Below are positions 1-8,678 of a stretch of 64,000 bases of DNA, piece by piece (position 1 is the stretch's first letter; every line of letters starts with the position of its first letter). Both the position numbers and the translations under genes were made by a program. The notes beneath the pieces were generated by a model. It had not been told where the DNA came from. It saw only the letters and a program-made list of their open reading frames with translations, and did no database searches. The DNA is taken from positions 325 to 64,324 of the forward strand of contig MHKF01000018.1 of the NCBI GenBank assembly GCA_001818315.1. The letters run 5' to 3'. This DNA is from Candidatus Kerfeldbacteria bacterium RIFCSPLOWO2_02_FULL_42_19. Lineage in GTDB: Bacteria > Patescibacteriota > Patescibacteriia > HO2-48-17.

Positions 1-1352
1 TCATCAACCGTGTGATCGACGGCATGGATTTTTTTTTATTGAAACAACGTATTCAATCATGGGTCAGCATGCGTATCACCCCAAGATGCTTCTGAAGGTT
101 TTCGTCTATGGATATTCTCTTGGTATTCGCAGCTCTCGAAAACTTGAGAATAGATTGAAAGAAGATATTGTTTTCATGTGGCTGTCGGGAAGACAAACGC
201 CTGATTTTCGAACTATCGCAGATTTCAAAAAAGCGAAGTTGGTTGATGTAAAAAGAGTCTTTCTAGAAGTGCTGGGGCTGTGCCAAGCATTGGGGATGGT
301 GAAGATCGGAAAGGTATCATTGAATGGGACCACTTTTCGAGCCGATGCTTCGGGAAACAAAATGCGCTATCGAAAGACTCTCATCAAAAACAAAGCTGTT
401 CTGGAACAACGCGTGGATGATATTTTCGTTGAAGCTGAACGCATCGATCGAGAAGAGGAAAAACTTTTGGGGAACAGGACAGAGCATACGACGGGAATAG
501 ACGCAAAGGAGATACAAAAGAAACTCAACCAAATGAGAAAGAGAAAAGAAACCCTCCAGAGAAACAAACAAAAATTACAAGCAAGAACATCCGACCTGTG
601 CCAGAAGTTGCGAACCATGCGGAAAGATCGTAACTCCATGAGTAGCACGGACAAAGATGCCACGATGATGCTCATGAAAGAAGGACATATTGCTCCAGGA
701 TACAACGCACAAGTTGCCAGTGAACATCAGGTGATTCTTGCCTATGATATTTCCTCAAACAGAAATGATCAGAGACTTTTACGATCCATGGTCAAAGCAG
801 TAAACAACAATACGGGAAAGAATCCGGATATACTCATTGCTGATGCTGGGTACGGAAACAAAATGAATTACCGCTTTCTGAAAAATCAAAAGATCACCTC
901 CTTCATTCCATACAACACTTTTAACAAAGAGATGGTGGAAAGGAGAAAAGGAGTGTATCAGCGCCCGAAAGAGGTGGATACGGAACTGGAAGGATACCAT
1001 GCTCGACAACGAATGCGACTTTTATCAGATGAAGGGAAAGCTATGATGAGACGAAGAAGAGAAGACATTGAACCAACGTTCGGGGACATCAAACGAAATA
1101 TGAACTTCAGGACTTTCCACCTCAGAGGTAAACCCAAATGCCTCACGGAGTTGGGACTCGTGAGTATTGGGCATAATCTTAAAAAGATGAAACATTGGGT
1201 AAAAAGATTGGCAGAATACGGGGATGGCAGACAAAAAGGAATAGACTTGGGAACAATCTTGGGGCATGTGTCCTAAGAAAGGACATATACCTGAAGATTG
1301 TCTCGTAAAGATTCTCACTGAATGTTATTGAAAAGAGTTCTCGGACAGTCTG
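1..1352 (+). mobile_element. IS1182-family insertion sequence, left end outside window
   Basis: Transposase ORF followed by TTCTCGGACAGTCTG (1338-1352), which resembles IS1182-type GACAGTC termini. Confidence 0.75.
59..1276 (+). pseudogene. IS1182-family DDE transposase, probably inactive
   Basis: Motifs YHPxMLLK, SSRKLE, PDFRTIADF, GYNAQ, ADAGY, IEPTFGDIK, HNLKK. The N-terminus INRVIDGMDF continues in another frame across a T9 run (29-37). First catalytic motif reads LNGT instead of xDGT. Confidence 0.8.
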
Positions 1353-1369
1353 AGGAATGCGTCGCCCGG

Positions 1370-1399
1370 AGAAATACAAGGGTACTCCCTTGTATTTCT
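1370..1399. repeat. Perfect 13-bp hairpin AGAAATACAAGGG-TACT-CCCTTGTATTTCT upstream of tnpA
   Basis: Read directly from the sequence. Confidence 0.8.
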
Positions 1400-1425
1400 G
1401 AGGCCTCTTCTGTCATGATTTGTGC

Positions 1426-1828
1426 ATGACTGAATATTGGGTTGGATCATCCACAAAACATAGAATAGTCACTCATCTGGTCTTTTGTCCCAAGTACAGA
1501 AGAAGAGTATTGATAGGCAAAATAGCCAAGAGAATAGAACAGTTATTCATCCAATGCTGCCAGATGAACAAATGGCAGATATATGAGTTAGGCTTTGATA
1601 AAGACCACTTACATCTGATTATTCAAACCCCACCCAGTGAGTCTTTAGCCCAGGTGGTACAACTGCTCAAAGGAGGGAGTAGTCGTGTCATACGACAAGA
1701 GTACCCAGATCTGGACGAATTTCTCTGGGGAGATAGCTTTTTGGAGCGATGGCTATTTTTCCGAAAGTATCGGTACCAAGAATGAAACAGTGATGAGAGC
1801 GTATGTAAAGCGTCAAAACAAATCATGA
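1426..1828 (+). pseudogene. tnpA: IS200/IS605 TnpA (Y1 HUH transposase), frameshifted
   Basis: HLVFCPKYRR, DHLH (HUH) and LKGGSS motifs. An extra T in the T5 run (1738-1742) puts WSDGYFSESIG...AYVKRQ, which carries the catalytic Tyr, in another frame ending TGA at 1828. Confidence 0.88.
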
Positions 1829-1837
1829 CATAGGAGC

Positions 1838-1872
1838 AAAAGCCCCGCCTTTTAGGGCGGAGATTCTGTTAC
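1838..1872 (+). mobile_element. IS200/IS605 right-end subterminal hairpin
   Basis: AAAAGCCCCGCC-TTTTAG-GGCGGAG...GTTAC right after tnpA; no tnpB present. Confidence 0.7.
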
Positions 1873-1984
1873 TTCCTTCTTTTGTTTTGCCTTGAAGCGT
1901 AGATAAAAACACTGTAGTTTGTACGGCACCAGGTAAAGCAGCTGCTGTAAAACCAATAATGAATAAAGAAATAAATGTAGACAT
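1873..1984 (-). pseudogene. 5' fragment of a LysE-type translocator, interrupted by IS200
   Basis: ATG at 1984 gives MSTFISLFIIGFTAAALPGAVQTTVFLSTLQGKTKEG, then the frame runs into the IS end. Confidence 0.55.
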
Positions 1985-2008
1985 AAGTGTAAGCGAATTG
2001 ATTAAGAT

Positions 2009-2042
2009 GTAGCCCTACCACTAGTTATAGCAGTAGGGCTAC
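2009..2042. repeat. 10-bp perfect inverted repeat between asnA and the LysE-like gene
   Basis: GTAGCCCTAC...GTAGGGCTAC with no U-tract. Confidence 0.6.
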
Positions 2043-2049
2043 TCATGAG

Positions 2050-2976
2050 TTAGAAGATAATTGGTTCGCGGGGTGAGCGTGGAAACAACACAACTTGTTC
2101 CATGGTTCGAATACCCGTTAAATAGCGCAGTAAGCGTTGTAAACCAAAACCAGCACCGGCGGTTTGCGGAATTAGTTTCTCTTTGGCCAAATCAAGATAT
2201 ATTTCATAAGCTGACTTGTCCATATGACGTTCATCCATTTTACGAATAATAGTTTCGTAATCATTTTCTCGTTCGCCACCGCTTAATCCCTCTTCAAACC
2301 CTTCAGGGTAGATTAAATCATAGTTGATAAAACATCCTGGTGTTGTTGGATCTTCTTTGTCATAGAATTCACGATAGAAGCTTTCTAACCAAAATGGCGT
2401 GGTCATAGTTTTGCTCAAAATGGCTTCGAAATCATCACCGTATTTCTGTTTCATTTCATCAGTTGATAAACGCGGAAATGGCATTTTGAGAGTTGGTAAT
2501 GTTCTACCTAAAAATGTAAGTTCATGTGCACATTTTGTTTTACAAACTTCAGTGATTCTAATTAGCAGATCTTCCATGAGTGTATAAACATCTTCTTTCT
2601 TTCCGCCTTTTATTTCAAAATCAATTTGTTGAAATTCTAACAGATGCCGGCTTTTTGCTTCACTAGATTTTTCCAAGCGTACATTGGGGGAAATAATTAC
2701 AATTTTATCCAGATCGCCTAGTAGAGCAATCTGTTTATGGAAAATCATACTTTTTGTTAGGTGCAAATATTGTGCTTCATATTCTATACTAGCCGGATGA
2801 ACACCATGAGCTAGTGGATCAGTCAGCGGTGCTGTAATCACCGGTGGTAACTCAATAAAATCTCGTTCTCGAAAAAAAGTTTGAATTTCATATAATACTA
2901 ACGATTGTATTTTTAGTACTGCCAACATAGGTTTACTTGACGTATGCTCCATGAGTTGTTTTGTAACTTGTTTCAT
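2050..2976 (-). CDS. asnA: Archaeal-type asparagine synthetase A (AsnRS paralog lacking the anticodon domain)
   Basis: 308 aa class IIb aaRS-like core: TDPL, LTKSMIFHKQ, SPNVRLE, RHLLEFQQIDFE, SGGERE, AGAGFGLQRL, FPR. Confidence 0.85.
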   Translation of the reverse strand: MKQVTKQLMEHTSSKPMLAVLKIQSLVLYEIQTFFRERDFIELPPVITAPLTDPLAHGVHPASIEYEAQYLHLTKSMIFHKQIALLGDLDKIVIISPNVRLEKSSEAKSRHLLEFQQIDFEIKGGKKEDVYTLMEDLLIRITEVCKTKCAHELTFLGRTLPTLKMPFPRLSTDEMKQKYGDDFEAILSKTMTTPFWLESFYREFYDKEDPTTPGCFINYDLIYPEGFEEGLSGGERENDYETIIRKMDERHMDKSAYEIYLDLAKEKLIPQTAGAGFGLQRLLRYLTGIRTMEQVVLFPRSPREPIIF

Positions 2977-3087
2977 AAATAGAATTAGTTTAAGTATAAG
3001 ATGTATTGATTGAGATTGTAGTTATATAATGTGGTTGCGAGCCACATTCATTTTAGTTAAAAGTTTTTTCATATTGTCATTAAAATT

Positions 3088-3110
3088 AAAAAATCCAGCT
3101 ACTTGGCTGG
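3088..3110 (-). terminator. Attenuator terminator (segments 3:4) upstream of asnA
   Basis: Minus strand CCAGC-CAAGUA-GCUGG-A-UUUUUU. Confidence 0.75.
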
Positions 3111-3145
3111 TTTATATTTTTAATTAAGTTATGGATTCAATATTA

Positions 3146-3217
3146 TTAAAATATGGCCAGCCGTTGGAAGTGGTTATTTTGATTATTATTATTTTGGCTG
3201 GTAAATCTGTATTGCAT
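3146..3217 (-). CDS. Asn-rich leader peptide MQYRFTSQNNNNQNNHFQRLAIF (23 aa)
   Basis: ATG 3217 to TAA 3146; 6 Asn codons within 7 positions; lies between a promoter and a terminator ahead of asnA. Confidence 0.8.
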   Translation of the reverse strand: MQYRFTSQNNNNQNNHFQRLAIF

Positions 3218-3230
3218 ATGATTTAGAGCT

Positions 3231-3258
3231 AGTATATACTCTTAACACATCTTGTCAA
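3231..3258 (-). promoter_or_regulatory. Sigma70-type promoter of the leader-asnA transcript
   Basis: TTGACA (3258-3253), 16-bp spacer, TATACT (3236-3231). Confidence 0.7.
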
Positions 3259-3592
3259 TGAGCGTTGTGGAAAAACAATACTGAAGTTTAAGTAAAGTAA
3301 AAAACAGCAGCAGGGCGCGCGGCGGAGTTCCTCCCCGCACCCCTCCTTCCACCGCGCCTAATTAGCATTCGAATATTGAGTAAAATACGTTCGAATTTCG
3401 TCGTAAGTAGTCAGCCATAAAACTAGATACGAACTCTGAGTTTTGAGATGAGAGGGTTCGCTCACCCAGCCCCGCCATCTCCTTTAGACTCCTGGCCGGT
3501 TTCTTTTATGAATTTTGTTTAACTTGATAATTCCGCGTCAGCTTGCTGCGAGGAGGGAAGTAGAGCATTTCGAGGATAATACAAGATTCAAT

Positions 3593-4543
3593 ATGATTTT
3601 TGATAAGGTTTTCGTTGGGCCCTCTCGCATATCAGGCAAAGGTTTGCTTGCGCGACGCGATCTTGGTAAAGATGAGATAATTTTTCGTTTGCAAGGTCCT
3701 GTCATTCGATATAATTTTTCTCCGGACTATCGACTTGGGCCACACTGGATCAATGTTGGAGAAAATACGTGGATCATACCGACCGCGCAGGTCCCATGGC
3801 GATACATTAATCACAGCTGCACTCCTAATAGTGGACTTTGCGATCGACGTCAGGTGGTGGCTATGCGCCGCATAAGAAAAAATGAAGAAGTCACGATTGA
3901 TTATTCCTGCACTGAATCTTTTGCTTCATGGAAGATGAAGTGCTGTTGTGGTTTAAAGGATTGCCGTCGTGTGATACGCAGTGTGCAGTTTCTTCCGGAT
4001 GAGCTGTTTAGAAAATATCACGATTACATTCCTTCTTTTTTACGTAAGGTTTATGAGCAGCAAAAATTTTACGTCTTTTCTTCCAACCAGAAAAAGGGCG
4101 TATTTGCGAAGCATTTCCTTCCGAGCGGAACATATATTTTCACCGTTGAAGGGCCGGTGATTCATTATCCTTATCGACCGCATTCACTCACTGGTCCATT
4201 GTGGTTGGCTGTGAATGAAAAGTCATGGATCGTGCCGCTGAAAAATAATCCGTGGTGCTTTATGCATCATTCTTGTAGTGGCAACACCGGTCTGATTCGA
4301 AGAAACAGGATTGTTGCTTTGAAAGATATTGCCAAAGATGAAGAAATTACTATTGACGATTCTATTACCGAAGCCGATCTTTCGTGGAGAGAGAAATGCT
4401 CTTGCGGAAGTCATCAATGTCGCAAAATCGTTCGCAGCATTCAATTTCTTCCAGAGCATATTTATCAAAGTTATTTGCCTTATATCCCAACGTATTTACA
4501 AAAAGTCCATGCGTCTTTTCAAAAGCATGTTGATCGTGTGTGA
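3593..4543 (+). CDS. Tandem SET/post-SET domain protein-lysine methyltransferase-like protein
   Basis: Two repeats: GKGL..INHSCTPN..EEVTIDY..CCCGLKDCR and KKGV..MHHSCSGN..EEITIDD..CSCGSHQCR; ATG 3593 preferred over TTG 3515. Confidence 0.85.
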   Translation: MIFDKVFVGPSRISGKGLLARRDLGKDEIIFRLQGPVIRYNFSPDYRLGPHWINVGENTWIIPTAQVPWRYINHSCTPNSGLCDRRQVVAMRRIRKNEEVTIDYSCTESFASWKMKCCCGLKDCRRVIRSVQFLPDELFRKYHDYIPSFLRKVYEQQKFYVFSSNQKKGVFAKHFLPSGTYIFTVEGPVIHYPYRPHSLTGPLWLAVNEKSWIVPLKNNPWCFMHHSCSGNTGLIRRNRIVALKDIAKDEEITIDDSITEADLSWREKCSCGSHQCRKIVRSIQFLPEHIYQSYLPYIPTYLQKVHASFQKHVDRV

Positions 4544-4644
4544 GTACCTATTGCTGTTTTTTTTCAGTCTCTCCATCGATATGCAGGTTTACCTTTTGAT
4601 GAGAAAATATTATTATGAATATAGACGAGATTTAAAAACATGTC

Positions 4645-5520
4645 ATGAACACAAAAATATTCTTTTTCATTCTTCTATCCTCTCTTGTCATCTATCTTGG
4701 GTGCTCAAAAAATCCATCGAATAATACAAAAGCAGATGTCTTAAAAGTAAACACGAATGCAACAGCGAAAGCGAAGCAAACGAATTCCTCATCTTCAATC
4801 GCTGGCACGTATCGTTGTTGGCATTATGAAATTAACGACGCACCTGTCGAAGCCAGCTGTCGAACATTCGCTCCACTTGTTCTGAATGCTGACGGAACGT
4901 ATAATCTATCTTCGGAAAGAGGTACGTATACTCTTACGGACGACCAGTTGATTCTTTCGGAATCAAAACTTCGAGGTCCCGGAACACTTCTCGAAAATGG
5001 AGAGCAGATTATGTTTGAATATACCGTTGGTGACCAAGATCAGCGTATCACGTATTTGAGAGATCAGGGTTCTGGAACTAGCAGTCAAGCCACTGATGTA
5101 AATATCATTACTGTCGATCTCTCAGTTGCTTTTGCAGAAGACGATGGTCGTGTGGGTTGGATTAATGTTATGAAGTTAGTCTCCGAAGACAACGGATTAC
5201 AATATGAAACACTTGCTACGGCAGATGAATCCGATGTCGTGAGTGCGCGTTTTTATGAAGTACAAGTTGATTCTATGTACACAGCTTATGCTTCAACCGG
5301 CACTGATGAATTCGTTGTTGGCACTGTCGATTTGCAGAATGTTGATACAACGGAATCGGTGATACCCATAGATCTTACGTTTCCGGCAGAAGGTTCGAGT
5401 ACGAATGTGAATGTCGGTACGGACGAAAATCTTAACAGTGATGATCCTGAAGAAGAGCCAGTCTTTTATTATGAATTTGGTCCGGGTAGAGAAGAAAATC
5501 CTGGTGGACCAGAATATTAA
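4645..5520 (+). CDS. Hypothetical lipoprotein
   Basis: Hydrophobic signal ending in an LGC lipobox; acidic beta-rich body. Confidence 0.75.
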   Translation: MNTKIFFFILLSSLVIYLGCSKNPSNNTKADVLKVNTNATAKAKQTNSSSSIAGTYRCWHYEINDAPVEASCRTFAPLVLNADGTYNLSSERGTYTLTDDQLILSESKLRGPGTLLENGEQIMFEYTVGDQDQRITYLRDQGSGTSSQATDVNIITVDLSVAFAEDDGRVGWINVMKLVSEDNGLQYETLATADESDVVSARFYEVQVDSMYTAYASTGTDEFVVGTVDLQNVDTTESVIPIDLTFPAEGSSTNVNVGTDENLNSDDPEEEPVFYYEFGPGREENPGGPEY

Positions 5521-5540
5521 TATCTGTAATATTCAATAGT

Positions 5541-5945
5541 ATGCAACTATCTCTTTTTATACTTTTAGTTCTTTCTGCATTGGGTATTGTGAATACCGCG
5601 TATCTTGTGTCGCATGTCTTCAACAAGCGGCCCGTTAAATGTTTATTTTTTCCACCAGAATGGTGTCATAAAGTTCAGTTTAGCCGCTACAGTAGAACTT
5701 TTGGCATTCCTAATTCCTTTATGGGGATATCTTTGTATCTCTTTATCTTTATCTTCGCTTTGATGTTTTTTGTTGGTTTTGTTCCTTTGTGGCCTATAAC
5801 CGTTGCAGTGACGATAGGATTTTTATTTTCACTCTATTTTACTATTATTCAAGCATTTGTTTTGAAGGCATTCTGTACGTGGTGTGTATTTTCCGCGCTT
5901 GATTTTACGTTGTTGTTTATTATTATTTTTTTCGTCGGAGTGTGA
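5541..5945 (+). CDS. Vitamin K epoxide reductase (VKOR) family protein
   Basis: C-x7-C loop, SRYSRTFGIP, FCTWC active site, several TM helices. Confidence 0.9.
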   Translation: MQLSLFILLVLSALGIVNTAYLVSHVFNKRPVKCLFFPPEWCHKVQFSRYSRTFGIPNSFMGISLYLFIFIFALMFFVGFVPLWPITVAVTIGFLFSLYFTIIQAFVLKAFCTWCVFSALDFTLLFIIIFFVGV

Positions 5946-6094
5946 AGGTCTGTTCCCACCTACTTTTTTTGTGTAATGTGAAAGCAAAAGAGGAGGCGGA
6001 CGAGAGCTTACGCAGCACTAACAATGCACTGTGTACTGAGAAAGTGCTTATCTTCCTCCTGCTTTTATGATCAAAATTATTCAGCGGCAAGTCT
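5946..6094. repeat. Palindromic MITE-like element, core-bearing, degenerate copy
   Basis: AAAAGAGGAGG...GCAGCACTAACAATGCACTGTGTACTGAGAAAG...CCTCCTGCTTTT with decayed terminal IRs. Confidence 0.7.
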
Positions 6095-7244
6095 ATTTTT
6101 CGTTGAATTCGCCGAGGATCTTTTCGCTGATTTTAATAAGGTCTTCAACTGCCGCTTCTTGGTTCAACACATCGAAAGGTGAAAGAATGCTGATGTCTAC
6201 AACGAAGCGTCCTTGTGCGGATTGAATTTCCGCAAGTGTTTCTTGCGCTAACCCATCAGCTTCGCTATCAATAGATTCTGGAAGTTCTATTTCTGAGCTT
6301 TGTACCGATTCGTCAGCCGCAACCCCGGTTTTGAGTAATTCGCTTTGGTAGGCGCTTGCGAGTTCCGGTGTTTTGAATTCTAAAATCACAATTTCTATTG
6401 CTTCTTTAGGACGTTTATTGACTTGAAAACGCGCGAGTCCACCAGATTGAAAACCCTCGAACGTATCGTTTTCAAAATCACGTGAAGTGCCGAGCCAATC
6501 GCTTCCTTCAACTTTTGCTGTACCAAGATAAGTAGTGTCAGCGACGGTTTTTGGCAGTTTTCGCATAGCAATATTTTGTGGTTCGTTTGAAAAGCGTTCA
6601 AATCCATTCAGAACCCGTTTGATTCTCTCTAGTTGTTTTGCTGCAAGTTTCTCGGCAAATGGTAAGAGTTCTTTTTCTCCTTCATCAGCACTTGTAATAG
6701 CATTATTTCTATCAAAGACTTGGATTTTTGCCGCTACGGTCGCTTGTGTAAGGCGATACGTTACATTCGCTGGATCAAACTCATTTGCTTCTTGGAAATA
6801 TACAATGCTTGATTCGCCGTATTGTTTTTGGGGTGTTAATTTTGTTTCACCTTCAGATTTTACTGTAACGAAATTTTTTGCTTCTTCGCGCGAATTGAAA
6901 CTGACAATCGCATTGCCAGCAAAGATGTTGCCTGTTTTTCGATCAATAATTGCTCTTCCGATGACACTTTTAAACGGCGCTCCCTTTTCTTCTGGCTCCA
7001 TGTGGTCATTGAATTCAATTAACTGGGTACGAATCTCTCCTTGACTATCTGTTGCTTCAGCAATTTCTTTTTCTGTGAGTATCGCAAGCGCCCAGTCGCT
7101 ATCTTGAATTTTGCTTGTTTGTGGATTTTTCTGGAACCAAAAGTACAGTGCTACGGCGATGAGAATACCACCTGCTAAGCTGAGGGCGAATATGACGTAC
7201 CATTTTTTTAAAGCTGCTTGTGAGTATGTATTTTTTGTTGGCAT
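6093..7244 (-). CDS. Membrane-anchored extracellular hypothetical protein
   Basis: 383 aa ORF with a single N-terminal TM. Confidence 0.75.
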   Translation of the reverse strand: MPTKNTYSQAALKKWYVIFALSLAGGILIAVALYFWFQKNPQTSKIQDSDWALAILTEKEIAEATDSQGEIRTQLIEFNDHMEPEEKGAPFKSVIGRAIIDRKTGNIFAGNAIVSFNSREEAKNFVTVKSEGETKLTPQKQYGESSIVYFQEANEFDPANVTYRLTQATVAAKIQVFDRNNAITSADEGEKELLPFAEKLAAKQLERIKRVLNGFERFSNEPQNIAMRKLPKTVADTTYLGTAKVEGSDWLGTSRDFENDTFEGFQSGGLARFQVNKRPKEAIEIVILEFKTPELASAYQSELLKTGVAADESVQSSEIELPESIDSEADGLAQETLAEIQSAQGRFVVDISILSPFDVLNQEAAVEDLIKISEKILGEFNEK

Positions 7245-7312
7245 ATTTTGTATTATGAATTTTTATACTTTTTTCCCTACATTCTTCCTTAACGTAGGAT
7301 AATTTATTCTGT

Positions 7313-7930
7313 TTATTGTATTTTTAATGATTGAAGAATTTTTTCGCCCGTAGCGCTTTCCTCTGCATAATTATCGAGTTTCCCTGTAAATGAGATAATA
7401 TAGGCCTTGTTGTTTTTGACTGCCCATGCTTGTTTGATTTTTGTTTGAAAGTTCTTTCCGTCTTTTGTGAAGTCTTCCCCAGTTGCAGTATAGGTGAGTG
7501 TGTATCCCGGTACCCCATTGATTGTTGTATTTTTTGATTCGAGAATTTCTATCTCCCAATCGAGGATGTCGAGGTTTTCGAGAGCCGCTTCTGTATATTC
7601 GTCGAGTGTGACAGGATTCTCAGAGAGATCTTCCACTGTAAATGTCACATTCGTACCGTTTTCCATAGCAAAACCTACAATGCCTCCTTCTAATGCTTGT
7701 TGTTCCCAAGATGAAGGATATTCAAAACTTACACCATTCGCAGCGTCTTCGTATGTACTCCAAGTCTCTTTGGACGTGGATGTTGATGTCTTCTTTATGT
7801 CGCTATTTTGATTATTTTCACTTTCGTCGGCGATACTGAAGAGTTTATAAAAACCAATTACCAGCGCAATAATGATGACGATGATGCTGACTAGTTTTAT
7901 GAGTTTGTTTCGTTCCATTGGGGTATACAT
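7313..7930 (-). CDS. PsbP-like (DUF1795-type) membrane-anchored protein
   Basis: N-terminal TM, WSTYED..GVSFEYPSSW, TINGVPG, ILQSLKI C-terminus. Confidence 0.75.
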   Translation of the reverse strand: MYTPMERNKLIKLVSIIVIIIALVIGFYKLFSIADESENNQNSDIKKTSTSTSKETWSTYEDAANGVSFEYPSSWEQQALEGGIVGFAMENGTNVTFTVEDLSENPVTLDEYTEAALENLDILDWEIEILESKNTTINGVPGYTLTYTATGEDFTKDGKNFQTKIKQAWAVKNNKAYIISFTGKLDNYAEESATGEKILQSLKIQ

Positions 7931-8198
7931 TTAAAGATAAATTTGAGTTTATGAAAATTTTCCGATCAGTCCGGCTGCTCCAAAAGACCTTGAATATATT
8001 TGATTCTTTGATTTTTTCTACTTTTGCTAGTATAGCACAATGAGTTTTTGTTGCATAACATATATTGTTTTTTTATTCGCAGATTGTTTTGCGCTTCACA
8101 TTGTAATTTTTTTTGTTTATACTCGTTGCTATAGACCGACAGTAAGAACACAATCTTTCTGATATTGTTCAAAAATAGGGAAGAAATGGAGGTGTAGG

Positions 8199-8561
8199 AT
8201 GTCAGAAAATTCTCGAAAGTTGCGTGTTAAAGTTTTGTACTATGCCGGTTGTTTGACAGACCAGATGTTGAGGGAGTACGATCTTGTACTGATTCAATCT
8301 GGCGTCGTCACGGGTCCTGCTCCTTATGGAGGAGCAGAATGGGGTCTGGTTCCAGCGTATTTGAAAGAAGGTGCGCTGCTGCCCGATGAAACAATCGTCA
8401 TAGCACAAGATCCTGTGCTCCTGCAGACACTTGTGCAGCATCTGGTTTCTCGAGTAAAGGAGTCTCAGTATTACTCTGCAGGGAGCTCATTCTCCGTCTT
8501 CATGAAGGCTGAAGAATTAGCAGGTTTTACCTCTCCAGCGTTTACACTGGAACTTCACTAA
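8199..8561 (+). CDS. Hypothetical protein
   Basis: 120 aa, GGAGGT SD upstream, terminator downstream. Confidence 0.65.
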   Translation: MSENSRKLRVKVLYYAGCLTDQMLREYDLVLIQSGVVTGPAPYGGAEWGLVPAYLKEGALLPDETIVIAQDPVLLQTLVQHLVSRVKESQYYSAGSSFSVFMKAEELAGFTSPAFTLELH

Positions 8562-8572
8562 GTTCTTTGCTT

Positions 8573-8606
8573 AGGGCTTACCTTCGGGTAAGTCTTCGGC
8601 TTTTTT
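8573..8606 (+). terminator. Intrinsic terminator with a cUUCGg loop
   Basis: AGGGCTTACC-TTCG-GGTAAGTCTT then T6. Confidence 0.65.
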
Positions 8607-8678
8607 GAGAGTAGAAAGAATCCTCTTTTGACATCCTACCAAAGCATTGTAGTATGAAAGAAAGAGTTTTTTGCTTCC

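Noticed and set aside
1829-2049. tnpB or omega-RNA after tnpA
   Set aside because: The IS end follows within 45 bp and the remainder is a LysE-like fragment
2977-3230. T-box riboswitch upstream of the aaRS-like gene
   Set aside because: No UGGNACC T-box bulge or stem I; a leader-peptide attenuator explains the region
3420-3478. Intact tRNA
   Set aside because: Only a 3'-end-like motif; no cloverleaf can be built
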